From Mobula birostris (Eukaryota), in assembly GCF_030028105.1 (NCBI RefSeq), contig NC_092389.1, forward strand, positions 7,675,180-7,739,179: DNA of 64,000 bases, given 5' to 3'. The translations under genes and the position numbers were made by a program. Of the stretch, positions 1-12,428 are shown piece by piece (position 1 is the stretch's first letter; every line of letters starts with the position of its first letter). The notes beneath the pieces were generated by a model that was given only the letters and a program-made list of their open reading frames with translations, had not been told where the DNA came from and made no database searches.

Positions 1-1712
1 GGAAAAGGAAATGAAGGACCAACTGAACAAGTACTACGCATCAGCCTTCACTGTGCAAGACACTAGTAGTATGGTGAAATTTCCAGATGTCAGGGTCATG
101 AAGTGTGTGAAGTTACCATTACTGGGGAGAAGGTTCTTGGGGAATTGAAAGGTCTGAAGGTAGATAAGTCACCTGGACCAGATGGTGTACACCCCAGTGT
201 TCTAAAAGAGGTGGCTGAAGCGATTGTGGAGGTATTAGTAATGATCTTTAAAGAATCACTAGATTCTGGAATGGCTCAGGAAGAATGGAAAATTGCAAAT
301 GCCACTCCACTCTTCAAAAATGCAGAGAAAGAGAAGAAAGGAAATTATAGACCAGTTACCCTGACTTCAGTGGTTGGGAAAATGCTGGAGCTGATTCTTA
401 AGGATGAGGTCTCAGAGTACTTGGAGGCACATCATAAAATAGGTCATAGTTGCTATGGTTTCCTCAAGGGAAAATCTTGCCAGACAAATCTGTTGGAATA
501 CTACGAAGAAACAAGAAGCAGGATAGACAAAAGAGAATTGGTTGATGTTGTGTATTTGGATTTTCAGAAAGCCTTTGACAAGGTGCCACACATGAGGCTG
601 CTTAACAAGCTATGAGCCCATGGTACTACAGGGAAGATTCTAGTATATATAAAGCAGTGACTGACTAGCAAGAAGCAAAGGATGGGAATAAAGGGAGCCT
701 TTTCTGGCTGGCTGCCAGTGACTAGTGGTGTTCTACAGGGTAGATCTTTTTACATTATATGTTAATAACTTGGATGATGGAATTGATGGCTTTGTTGCAA
801 AGTTTGTAGATGATATGAAGATGGGTGGAGGGGCAGGTAGTTTGGAGGAAGTAGAGAGGCTACAGAAGGACTTGGACAGATTATGAGAATGGGCAAAGAA
901 GTGGCAGATAGAATACAGTGTCGGGAAGTGTTTGGTCATGCACTTTGGCAGAAGATATGAAAGGGTAGACTATTTTCTAAATGGGGAGAAAATACAAAAA
1001 AAGGGGCACAAAGGGACTTGGCAGTGCTTGTGCAGGATTCGCTAAAAGTTAATTTGAAGGTTGAGTCTCTGGTAAGGAAGGCAAATGTGATGTTAGCATT
1101 CATTTCTGGAAGATTGGATATAATGTTGAGACTTTATAAAGCACTGGTAAGGCCTCACAGAGTATTGTGAGCAGCTTTGGGCCTCTTATCTTAGAAAGGA
1201 TGTGCTGAAACTGGAGAGGGTTCAAAGGAGGTTCACAAAAATGATTCCAGGATTGAATGGCTTGTCATATGAAGAATGTCTGATGGCTCTGGGCCTGTAC
1301 TCACTGGAATTCAGAAGAATGAGGGGTGACCTCATTGAAACCTATGAAATGGTGAAAGGCCTTGATACAGTGGATGTGGAGAGGATGTTTCCTATGGTGG
1401 GAGAGTCTAAAACCAGGGGACACAGCCTCAAAATAGAGGGACATCCTTTTAGAACGGAGATATGGAGGAATTTCTTGAGCCAGAGAGAGGTGAATCTGTT
1501 GAATTCTTTGTCACGGGTAGCTGTGGAGGCCAAGTCTGTATGTATACTAAGGCAGAGGGTGATAGATTTTTGATTGATCAGGGCATGAAGGGATACAGGG
1601 AGAAAGCAGGGAACTGGGGCAGGGAGGAAAATTGGATCAGCCATGATTGAATAGTGGAGCAGACTCGATGGGCCAAACGGCCTAATTCTGCTCCTATATC
1701 TTATGGTCTTAT
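1..1712 (+). mobile_element. CR1-family (HER1-like) LINE, degenerate ORF2 RT and 3' end, in SCN2B intron 2
   Basis: ORFs 103-615 and 1202-1573 carry CR1 ORF2 motifs (KSPGPDG, NYRPVTLTS, VYLDFQKAFDKVPH, LERVQRRFTKMIPGL, RMRGDLIE), with stops and frameshifts between them. It ends in a ttatggtcttat tail. Confidence 0.92.
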
Positions 1713-1833
1713 TTATTTTATATTTTTATTGTAGCTTATAGTAATTTTTGATATGTTGCACTGTACTGATGCCACGAAGAAACAGATTTCATGACATGTG
1801 CCTGCGATAATAATCCTGATTCTCACTCTGATT
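1713..1833 (+). mobile_element. 3' tail of a Rex1/Babar-type LINE abutting the SCN2B exon 3 acceptor
   Basis: tttcatgacatgtgcctgcgataataatcctgattctcactctgatt matches the tail family that follows the minus-strand RT ORF at 63592-63975, with further copies near 12110, 15180 and 58630. Confidence 0.75.
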
Positions 1834-1839
1834 TTATAG

Positions 1840-2050
1840 TTTGTCCAATTCCGCCGCCGGGTCATCATCTCCAAAACAGACCGCTTTTTGGGTCGTGTGG
1901 AGTGGTCCGGCAACCTGGCAAGGAAAGATGTCTCCGTCACTATTCATGACATCCAGACTAGTGATGAGGGCATTTACAAGTGTTACGTCTTAAACCCTCC
2001 TGACCGACATAAAGGATTGGGAACCATTCATCTCAGCGTGGTCACAGAAG
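1840..2050 (+). CDS. SCN2B: Sodium channel beta-2 subunit, exon 3 (second half of Ig V domain)
   Basis: Bounded by ttttatag| and |gtatc; 211 nt (phase 0 to 1). Translates FVQFRRRVIISKTDRFLGRVEWSGNLARKDVSVTIHDIQTSDEGIYKCYVLNPPDRHKGLGTIHLSVVTE, with the DxGxYxC Ig motif and the NPPDRH motif of beta-2. Confidence 0.96.
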
Positions 2051-2174
2051 GTATCATCAAAAAAACCTCTCACCCGTCAGTACCAATATCCCTCCACCTT
2101 TCCCCATTAACCATTTGTCGTAGCACAAAGCCAGGCTCTTTGGCCTGCCGAGTGCACAACAACAACCCAGCACC

Positions 2175-2713
2175 TACAGCGCTGTGTCTTACGCACATGT
2201 ATATAGCTAGGGTGACAAAGGCTTTTGTATAGTACTTCAGCAATTTTATGTATTGCACTGCACTGCTGCAAAAAAAAATCATGACATATGTGAGTGATGA
2301 TAAACCTGATTCTGATATGGGTCTCTATTGTGGACTGAGAGTGGGAAGGGGGCAGGGAGAGGGGAATCATGGTTGGGAAAAGATGAGGGGAGAATGGAGG
2401 GAGCAGGAAGCACCAGAGGGACATTCTGTAATGATCAATAAATCAATTGTTTGGAATCAAATGACCTTGCCTGGTGTCTCAGGGTTGGGTGTGTCTGCAT
2501 CCATGCCACCCCGTACCCCTAGCACTCCTTCTCTGCCACCCATCCCATACCCAACCCACGGCACTGCACCCTCACCATTCTTAACATCGTTTGCTCCCGT
2601 CAAATTTACAAACTTGCTCTCTGCTCCACATTGACAAATACAGTACTGGGAAGAAGTCTAAGGATCCTAATTATATACAGTATATATGCCTGAGACTTTT
2701 GCATAGTATTGTA
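2175..2713. mobile_element. Tc1/mariner-type MITE with palindromic termini (SCN2B intron 3)
   Basis: Terminal tacagtactgggaagaagtctaagg...gcctgagacttttgcatagtattgta hairpin. A second copy at 43131-43637 is inserted at a TA. Confidence 0.6.
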
Positions 2714-3086
2714 TCTACACTAATCTTACGCTAATCCCACTTTATCCTTTCCACAGAAAGAGGGAGACCCATACATCTGCCTGTGGGGTGGGGCGAGCGG
2801 TGGGTATTTACAAACTCTAAAGCAGCTTCTTTCCCTGAAAAGATGCACGAGAAAATAGGAGTAGGAGTTAGCTACTTGATCCCTTAAATCTGTCCTGTCA
2901 TTCAATAAGAGCATGGCTGATCTACCATAGGCCTCAACTCCTTCTTCCAGCCATTTCCCCAAAATTCCATAAATTAAAAAATAATTATCCGCTTGCTTTT
3001 TAAATGCTTTTCACCTCCACCACCTTCTGTCTAGAGAGGAAATTCCACTGTTGCTGCCATTTTCATGCCCCATGCCTGAAGGAGTA

Positions 3087-3507
3087 GACCCACAAAAAGG
3101 TGGAGGAATTCCACCGGTCAGGCAGCAGCTATGGAGGAAAATTTTGTATGGAGTCAACGTTTTGGGGCAAGACCCTTCATCAGGACTGGAAATGAAAGAG
3201 GCAGAAGCCAGAATCAGAACATGGGGGAGGAGGGGGATACAAGATGGCAGGTAACAAATGAGACCAGATGAAAGGGAAGACGGCTGGGAGGGAGAGAGGG
3301 GATGATGTGAGAAACTGGGAGCTGATAGGTGGAAGAGGTAAAAGGCTGAAGAAGGAGGAATCTGATTGGAGAGTACGGTGGACCACGGAAGAAAGGGAAG
3401 GGGGAGGGGAACCAGAGGGAGGTGATGGACATGAAAGTGGGAGAAGGAAAGCGAAGGATAAGGGGGTATCCAGGTTGGGAAGTGTCCGCATCTGCAGAAT
3501 CTCTTGT
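3087..3507 (-). mobile_element. Penelope-like element terminal repeat (pLTR) fragment
   Basis: Reverse copy of the pLTR family at 30416-30896 and 49940-50360, with a degenerate hammerhead-like core at 3151-3189. Confidence 0.75.
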
Positions 3508-3550
3508 AACTCTGTGGTAGACAGTTACTAACAGGTGCTCTCTCTTTCAG

Positions 3551-3750
3551 TGGCTCCTGAGCGTGACTCCACCGTCGCTGTAATCATTGGCGCCTCCGTT
3601 GGTGGATTCCTTGCTGTCGTCATTCTGATTTTAGTAATAGTGAAGTGCGTGAGGAGGAAAAAGAAACAAGATAACCAATCCGAAGATCAGAAAACTGAAG
3701 AAGAAGGAAAAACAGACGGGGAAGGCAATCAGGAAGAAGAGGAAAAGTAA
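3551..3750 (+). CDS. SCN2B: Sodium channel beta-2 subunit, exon 4 (TM helix and cytoplasmic tail, stop codon)
   Basis: TACTAAC branch point at 3526-3532 and ctctctttcag| acceptor. The phase joins exon 3 (G|TG). Translates VAPERDSTVAVIIGASVGGFLAVVILILVIVKCVRRKKKQDNQSEDQKTEEEGKTDGEGNQEEEEK*, the typical beta-2 C-terminus. Confidence 0.97.
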
Positions 3751-3969
3751 GGCTCATGGAGTCAGCTGGGACTCAGGTTCAACAGCCTCTCCAAGTATTG
3801 TATTTTATTTATTTTATTGGATGTAGGGTGGTTGCTAAGGTTAATGTTTACTGCTCATCCCTAATTGCTCTTCAGAAGGTGGTGGTGAGCTGCCCTGTTC
3901 AACCACCTCAGTCCTTCTGATGATACCCTCTTAGGCATTGAGGTCCTGAATCTGGACCCACCAACAATG

Positions 3970-4271
3970 TAACACACACAAAATGTTGGAGGAGCTCAAC
4001 AGGTCAGGCAGCTTCCATGGAAAGGAATAAACCATCGACATTTCAGGCCGAGACCCTTCATCAGGACTGGAAAGGAAGGGGGAGATGCCAGAATAAGAAG
4101 TTGGGGTGGGGGGGGGCATCAAGCTCCGCTTCCTTTCCGGTCCTGATGAAGGTTCTCGGACCGATATGTTGACGTTTTATTCATTTCATGGATGCCGTCT
4201 GACCTGCTGAGTCCCTCCAGCATTTTTTGTGTGTTGCTCTGGATTTCCAGCACCTGCAGAATCTCTTGAGT
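3970..4271. mobile_element. Palindromic mini Penelope-derived element with a hammerhead-like motif on each arm
   Basis: Left arm is the reverse complement of the right arm. Cores lie at 4031-4070 (-) and 4136-4174 (+). Flanked by a short caatg/aatg repeat inside an older LINE 3'UTR (about 3815-4310). Confidence 0.75.
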
Positions 4272-4426
4272 CAATGACAAAATGGTGCTCTGTTTCCAAG
4301 TCAGGACAGAGTACAACCAGAAGAGGAATCAGCAAATTATGTTATTCCCATGTCTTTGCTACCTTTGTCCTTGATAGTAGATTTCCCATGTTTAAGAAGT
4401 CTTGTTAGAGCAATTTAGCTAATCAT

Positions 4427-4908
4427 AGGGCAGCATGGTAGCGTAGTAGTCAGCGGATTGCTTTTCAGCATTTCCAATCAGGGTTTAATTTCCACCGTTG
4501 CCTGTAAGGAGTTCATATACTCTCATCGTGACCGCATGGATTTCCTCCAGGTGCGTGGAATGGGCTGCCGTCAATGGTGGTGGAGGTGGTTACGAGAGGG
4601 TCTTTTAAGATACTTTTGGATAGGTACATGGAGCTTAGAAAAATAGAGGGCTATGGGTAAGCCTAGTAATTTCTAAGGTAGGGACATGTTCGGCACAACT
4701 TTGTGGGCCGAAGGGCCTGTATTGTGCTGTAGGTTTTCTATGTTTTCTCCCACAGTCCAAGTGGTTAAGGTTGGTGAGTTGTTGGCGCCGGCAGTGTGGT
4801 GACACTTGCGGGCTGCCCAGTACAATTTCCGCTGATTTGATTTGATGCAAATGACGCAGTTCACTGTCTGTTTCAATGTACATGTGACAAATAAAGTTAA
4901 TCTTTTAG
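4427..4908 (+). mobile_element. tRNA-derived V-SINE (HE1-like) interrupted by a CR1 3' fragment (about 4555-4745)
   Basis: A/B-box-like head, a tctcccacagtccaa V-domain resuming after the CR1 piece, and an acaaataaagttaatc tail. Confidence 0.65.
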
Positions 4909-5516
4909 CTGAGCAAATGCAGAGCATCTTTGTCAATGTTACACTCTAAGCTATAATCTGCAAGCAGGGGCCAGAATGAGCAAACACGACGAAATCTGCA
5001 GATGCTGGAAATTCAAGCAACATACACAAAAAATGCTGGTGAAACAGCATTTTTTGTGTGTGTTGCCAGAATGAGCATTTCAGATGGGGGATGAGAGGCT
5101 AACACAGCCGGCTGCTTTGTCTTGGATGATGTCAAACTTCTTACTGGAATCTTAGGTGGTTGTAAAAGATCCCAGAACATTATTTTAATGAAAAGAGGAG
5201 AGGATCCCCCAATAACAGACCAACATACTGCATATTCCTCAAACAATATGACCAAAAAGCAAATGATCTGATTGTTATTATCATGCTGCTCTTAGGAGGT
5301 TGGTTTGAAAGATACGTCATTAAAGCTGGGGCAAATCAAAGTCATCAAACAAAGTTAATGTGGTTTTACAATTGATCTTTTCATTGAAAACCCAACGTCC
5401 ATAAGCGAGAAACAGTAGACGTACTATCCTTAGATTTTCAGAATGCATTTGATAGGACATTGCAGCAAACTTTAGTACAGAAAATAGAAGCGCATGGTGC
5501 AGGGGGTGACAGATTA

Positions 5517-5800
5517 AGGGGTGGCACTGTAGTGTAGCAGTTAGCGCAACGCTTTATGGCACCATCTGTGGTTTGATTCCCACCATGGTCTTATCCGGGT
5601 TCTCTGTTTTCCTCCCACTTTCCAGGAGATGTATTGTTAGGAATGGCGAGTTGTGGGCATGCTATGTTGGCACCAGAAACGTGGTGACACTCAAGAGCTG
5701 CCCAGCACAATCCTCGCTGACTCAATTTGAAACAAACAACACATTTCATTGCAAGTTTTGATGTACATGTGACAAATAAAGCTAATCGTTATCTAATCTT
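5517..5800 (+). mobile_element. tRNA-derived V-SINE
   Basis: Same head, V-domain and tgtgacaaataaagctaatc tail as copies at 14135-14430, 18810-19150 and 23015-23325. Confidence 0.7.
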
Positions 5801-5814
5801 TATCTTTCGATTCT

Positions 5815-6075
5815 TCCCCTTCTTCTTCTTCTTCTTAAGCCCATCACCCTTTTTTGGGTCAGAGGCTACTGACGGCAGCTCGCCAGAGTCCTCTGTCCTG
5901 GACCAGTCTCTCAAATCGTCCCTCGTCTTAGATCCTTTCTCTCCCAGGATGAGCTCTTTGAAGCTTCTGTTGCCGTTTCTGTAGCTCTGTGTTTTTACAG
6001 GATGGGATTGCTAGCCTCATGCCCAACCCTCCTCCTTTCACAGCGGGGCTTGGGACCATCCACGGTGGACTTTAT
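5815..6075 (-). mobile_element. RTE-related non-autonomous retroposon with (GAA)n tail
   Basis: The minus strand has gttgggcatgaggctagcaatcccatcctgtaaaaac (RTE 5'-like) and an aagaagaag tail. A second copy lies at 23813-24065. Confidence 0.55.
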
Positions 6076-6454
6076 CTTCAGATTGGTGCAGATAGAAAAT
6101 TGCTTGGAGTGTTGGCATAAAGAGGTCTTTTTTGCTATTTGACAAGATGTAATGAGTGCCAAGGGATTGATGCTAGGATTTTAATTTTTGTGATTTATCC
6201 AAGTGATTTTGATAAGGGCACAAAAGTTACAGTTGCTAAACTTCCTAATGACACTTGGATAGGTAGGAAAGTAAGCTGTAGAGAGGACATAGGGAGATTT
6301 CAAGGAATATAGATGGATTAAATGAGGCAATGATCTGGCAAATGAAGTATAATGAAGCAAAGAATTAAAAAAAGAACTATATTATATAAATGGTTGCAGA
6401 GGGATCTAGTCTGCGATTCAGTAAGCATGTAGGTACAGTAAGCATTTGTTTGTT

Positions 6455-7428
6455 TGTTTATTTTTTTCTATATAGAGATACAGCATAGAACAGGCCCTTC
6501 TGGCCCTTTGAGCCGCTGCACCTAGCAACCCCCCGATTTAATCTTGGCCTATCACAGGACAATTTACAATGACCAATTAACCCACCAGTCTGTAGATCTT
6601 TGGACTGTGGGAGAAAACCAGAGCACTGGAAGGAAACCCACATGGTCACAGTGGAAAATGTACAAACTTTTTACAGGCAGCGGTGGGAATTGAACCCGGG
6701 TTACTGGTACTGTAAAGCGTACCACTATACTACCGTCCCACCCCAAAAATTAGGAAAACTATCAGAATGTGATAGCTTATTGTTTTTGGAACTGCATACA
6801 AAAGTTAGGAGATTCTGCTTCAGTTATGTCAGACTTGAAAAAGACTACATCTGGAGTACTGTGCACAACATTGGACTTGTTATAGAAGGAAGAATATTAA
6901 TATGTTAGAAACTGTTCTGAGAAGGTAAACTGGACAAAGACCTGGAATGGGTGGACCTATTTATGAAGAAAGTTTGGATGGAATAAGATTGTTTCAGTTA
7001 ATTCCTCTCTAATTCTTCTACACTCGAGAAGTTGTTGCTGGGGTTTAGTAGAAATAAAGAGGAATTGACTGAAACAAAGATAATATTGAAGGGTCTTGAC
7101 AGGGTGAATGTGAAGATATTTTCTCTTTATTTTTTATTTTTATTTAGAGATACAGTGCATAAAAGGCATTTCCAGCCTAACAGGCTGTACGGCCCGGCAA
7201 CCCACCTATTTAACCCTAGCCTAATCATAGGACAATTTACGTGACCAATTAACTTGCTATCTGGTACGTCTTTGGACTGTGGGAGGAAATTGGAGCACCT
7301 GGAAGAAACCCACATGTTCACGGGAGGACGTACAAACTCCTTACAGACGGTGTCGGAATTAAACTCCAAACTCGGAAGCCCCTAGCTGTAATATTGTCGC
7401 ACTAACTGCTATGCTACCATGGCGCCCC
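6455..7428 (-). mobile_element. Two HE1-like SINEs (about 6455-6745 and 7125-7428) within degraded CR1 sequence
   Basis: Reverse V-domain (tctttggactgtgggag), reverse tRNA-like heads, and CR1-type tails with A-rich ends. Confidence 0.7.
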
Positions 7429-10400
7429 TTATGGGAGCATCTGGGACTAGGAGTCAAAGTTTACCAATAAGAATCACCCATTGAATAATGCAACTGTTTT
7501 TCTCTCAGATGATCATAAGTCTTTGGACCTTCTTCTGACAAGTCAATGGCTACTTTTAAGGCAGAGGAAGATAGATACTTCATAAGCAAAGAGGTGGAAG
7601 TTACCATAGGCAGATGAGAATACAATCAGTTCAGCCATAATTTAATGAACACATAGAGTGAGTTTGAGGACCAAGTTCTATATTGGTGCAAAAGCTTGTT
7701 CACTCCTTCCTGCTAATTGTAAAACAATGTGGAAGCAAAGAACCCAATTGTTTCTGGCATTGAGGTTGCAGTTCATTCGAGCTTTGTTCTAACTGAGTTT
7801 TGTGTTTGTAGGCAGCACTAGGGACAGTGAAACTTGGCTGAGGATGACCTGCCTCTGCTGACGACTGTTGATCTTCATGCTTCACGGGATGTTACCGATT
7901 CTCCTCCATGCTGCTTTACATTAAACACAAGTGCTGATGTGCCCACCTTCCACTGCGCCGCAAAACCGCGTTCGATTCATCGTGCATGCCGTCAACCTCC
8001 AAACTGCGCGCAAGTGATACCACTGAACATGGCAGTATTCAACGCGAGCACTAGCTTCACACCATCAGCTTAAATACAATGCGAATTATCATGCCAAGTG
8101 CCATATGAATGTGGTGAATTATAACTAGGGTGTTAATTGTGCACGCTTTAACTGAGCGTCAGTGAGTAGGTGGCACATTACAAGTAAAAATAATATGCAC
8201 CCTGCTTTGTTATTCATTCAGGGGAACGTAAATGTAGTTGTTTTGCTTATTCACTGTTTGGGAGGTTAGCATTGCCGGCAAGACCAGTATTTACTACCCT
8301 TCTCTAATTGCCCTTGAGAAGTTTTTGGTGACCTGCTTTCATGAACCACTATTGTCCCTCTGCTGTAGTTGATCCCGCACTGTTGTGGAGTAGGAGTCCC
8401 ACCAAAGAAGGTGGATTACCATCTTCATATTCCCACTTGACTCTGTCCCTCAGTAGTGAGTAAATCACATGTGATAGAAAAAAAACTAATGTTGCAACCA
8501 ATTCCGTACATTTTCCAGCAGGCAGGTTCAATTAAAATTGCTGAAGGCGTATGTATGTATTTGTTTTTAAGGAAAGAATAGCACCTCAAAATATCCATTG
8601 TAATGATTTGGAAGACTCCAATTTCTTGGTAGGGTGTGCCTAAGGAATCCTGAATATATCACAGGATACTTCTTGTCCAATTTATCCAAGATCAGGGGAA
8701 TTCTCAAAATGGAGGCTTTGACAGGACCATTCTGAAATATCTTCTTGTGTCTTTCCCTCAAGGAAGGAGGTAGTTACAACACATCTGCCAATCAGTGGCA
8801 GGGAACATTCCAGACACATTGGTTTTGTACAGCACAAAATGGCTTACTTTTTAAATCCAATTCCTGTGTGCTAAATGTGAGGTAATTTTGTGATTAGAAA
8901 TTGAGCTTGCTATGGACCGGAAGAGGATTTATTTTCATAAATAAAATAAAAACTTTATACATATGAGCACAAGCTGAAGTCCCACACTGCCAACAATGGA
9001 ATAAACATGTTATTCTAAACACTGGGGCTGACAAGAGGTTTCCTGGTAAGGTTCCTAACCTTCTCAAAACTAACCTGAAATTTTCAAATTGAGGATGTCT
9101 ATCCTGGGCAATATTTCCAATAACCCAGGGAACTGGTGATATAGGTCACTGACGTGGGCAACAAACACTGAGATAAAGCCCTGTGAATAATGGCTTGACT
9201 CGCAGCCATTGGAGTTAGAATTGGGCACTTATTAAAAGACCTTGGTGGCCTGGTGCCTCTCATCACCAGTGATCTGGGTTCATTTGTAATCTTTGGTGCT
9301 GTTTTTGTGGAGTTTATGGGCTCTCCCTGTGAATTCATGGGTTTCCTCTGGATGCTCTGGTTTCCCTCCACTTCACAATGACGTGTGGGTGGTTGGGTTA
9401 ATTAGCCAGAGTATGTGTGTGCGTGTGTGGAGCCTGGGGAGAGATGATAGGAAAGTCGAGAGAATAAAATGGGACTTGCATAGGATTAATGTAAGTATAT
9501 GTTTGACAGTACAGACTCGTAGGGTTGAAGAATCTGTTTCTGTGCTGTGTACCTCTCACTCCATGATTCTATGACTTTCCCAATCTGAGCCTCAGAACTA
9601 AGTTCGGGGAACAGTTCAGAGTTATCGCTCTGAGAGCCACAACTCTCTGGGAGGGTGGTAGGTTCTTTATTGGAGGAATGGAGTAAGAAGGGAAGGGAGG
9701 GAGACTTGGAAATTATAGCTTGGGGAAGAGAAAGAAGCCAATTGGTGTAAAAGAGAGAAGGGAAACAGGATCTTGGGGAGGTGTATCCGTGGAAATTGTT
9801 GCCACAGACAGCTGTGGAGGCCAAGTCTTTGAGTATATTTAAAGAAGAGTTGACAGCTTCTTGATTAGTAAGTGTGTCAAAGATTATGGGGAGGAAGCCT
9901 GAGTATGGGGTTGAGAGGGATAATATGGAATAGCAGGGAAAACTCAATGGGCTGAATGGCCTAACTCTGTTCCTGTGTCTTATGAGAATGTGAGTTTGTA
10001 GGAACTGGAAAGGGGACAATGAGAATTAAAAAACTGCAGATGCTGGAAATCTGAAGGGAAATCAAAAACTCAGCGAGTCAGGAAAAAGAATCAGAGTTAC
10101 TGTTTTAGGTCAGAGACCTTTCGTCAAATTCTGATTTTTTAGGATCAGAAGGAACAGGATGGTGAGTGAGAATAGCCCCCGGCGGGGAAGGCATGAAGGG
10201 GAGGAGTGAAACCCGATGATCTTCCCATGGATAAACAGTGAAAGGTAAGGAGTGAAGAAAGAGGGAACCAAAGATTCTGAGCTGGTTGAAATAAGAGGGC
10301 AATGAGGAGCTGGGTCCTTTAACCAAGATCTATTGAATCACAGGGCAGTGCACTACATATGGCTATTAAGGTGTAGACTAAAATACAATTTCAAAGTGAA

Positions 10401-12428
10401 TGAGTTAATATTTGATTATTTTGTAAATTATCATGGAATTGAAGATTACATTATCAGGTATTGTATGTAATCAAATGTGATCAGGATGCATTGTGATCAA
10501 ACCAGATATAGCAGCTCTGTGTTTCTGACCTCCACTGGGGTTTTAATACAGCCTAGCAACCTTCTGCTTTACCATGGCAACATCCCATCCCTTATGTCAA
10601 GCCAGCATGTCTAGATTAACACTGATGAGGTCCATTACTAGTCTATGGATCTTTCACCTTCCTTGCACTGCCCTACCTGCATTGTTCCTTCAAGGTTTAA
10701 CGCTTTAACTAATGCTTAAGCTTTCAACAACTAAGTTGCTTTGCTTAAGTCCCTATTATTAGTCTTCCTTGTCCAAGGACCTGAATTTATTCCTAGCTGG
10801 GCATTATTTTTTAAATGGGAATGCTCTCCTGTTTCAGCCTGCTGTTGTTCCAAGTCCACAGAGAACATGACCAGTGTGAAAGTAGCAAGAGATAATTTGG
10901 AGGCATATTGTATTGTGGGCTCAGCTTCCGACCCTGACATCAATCTGACAATTTAACTTCAGTTAGATTGCCAACTTTGCTTTTGCATATTTTAGGAGGT
11001 TTTGTCGCATGATCTATAAGTTGGCTAGCCCCTCCCTAGGTCCCCACCATTGGTGCCTCACACATCCATTGTCACAGTTGTCCACCTTTTATCCCATTGG
11101 AAAAAAAGGCCCTTCAAATTACCCACTATGAGACTGTTGGCCATTTAATACTGTAAAGCAGGTGAATCTGGAGGTCCCAGGACAAGCCTGGAGGAGCTGA
11201 CAAACACACACATTCGGCTAATCCAATGAACTTCTTCTGTCAGTGGTGTAACCCTCCTTGTTACTGGATCCATGATGCGCTACCTACCGTGATGAGATAC
11301 CTTTCCCCTCTGATTTCTAGCAGAAATATGAATGAGTTTCCACAGGGTGAGCATGTGATCACACGTGTAACAGTCACCTTCCTTAACGGACTGACCCACT
11401 ACAAATTATTTTGCTGGGCAAGTTGGGTTGCATTTGAGAATTGATGATGTTTTTTATATCTTTTTCATGGTATTTTCCCCTTTGGAGGTTTTCAGTATTG
11501 CCAGAAAGGATTGTCAGGGATTCTGGATACCTGTTAGTTGTAACATAGTTAAAAATAAAGTAAATGTGATTGAAATAAATCCTTGTGGTGTTGGAATTTA
11601 TTTTTATACTCACCCCTCACAGGCACTATCTGATCTTGGGTACAGTCACTGTCTAGATTTTGCACTTGTTTGCATTCCTCACTGATTCTCAACAGTGAGC
11701 GTCACAAGGGCTGCATGGGAATGCAAAGGGTTGCGAGCAATGGATCTGCAAAAAGCTACAGAGGGCTGTAGAGTTAGCCAGCTCCATCATGGGCACTAGC
11801 CTCCCCGGTATCAAGGACAACTTCAAACGGAGATCACTCAAAAAGGCAGCATCCATCATTAAGGGCATGCCCTCTTCTCATTACTACCATCAGGAAGGAG
11901 CTTTAAGAGCCTGATGACACAGATTCAACATTTTAGGAACAATGCAGTCAGATTTTTGACAGTTCGTGAACCCATGAACACATGTATTTTGCCCTCTTTT
12001 TGCATTATTTATATACATTGTAATATATCCTTATTGTAAATTATAGTAATTTATTTATGTATTGCACAGAACAGCTCCTGAAAAATAACAGATTTCAAGA
12101 CGTTTGTCAATGATAATAAACCTGATTCTGATTTTGGACCAGCCTGATCCTGCCTTCACCCAAGGTACGCACACTACGCATTTTATAAAGGGGATGAAAA
12201 ACTTGATCACAGGTGGCTTTTGTCCTCCTTTTGGAGAAACTGTTGTAGATGTTAGAATCATAGAGAGATGCGGCATGGAAACAAGCCATTTGGCCCATCA
12301 ACTCGATGCCAAACATCGGGTATCCATTTACCTACCCTACCTTAATCCATTTTATTCTTCCTGTGTTCCCATCAGCTCCCCATGGATTCCTCCACTCGCC
12401 TATACAAGGGAACAATTAACCTCTTAAC

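Noticed and set aside
10620-10660. CTGATGA followed by a hairpin, resembling a hammerhead
   Set aside because: The stem is followed by TTTC rather than GAAA, and there is no stem I or III.
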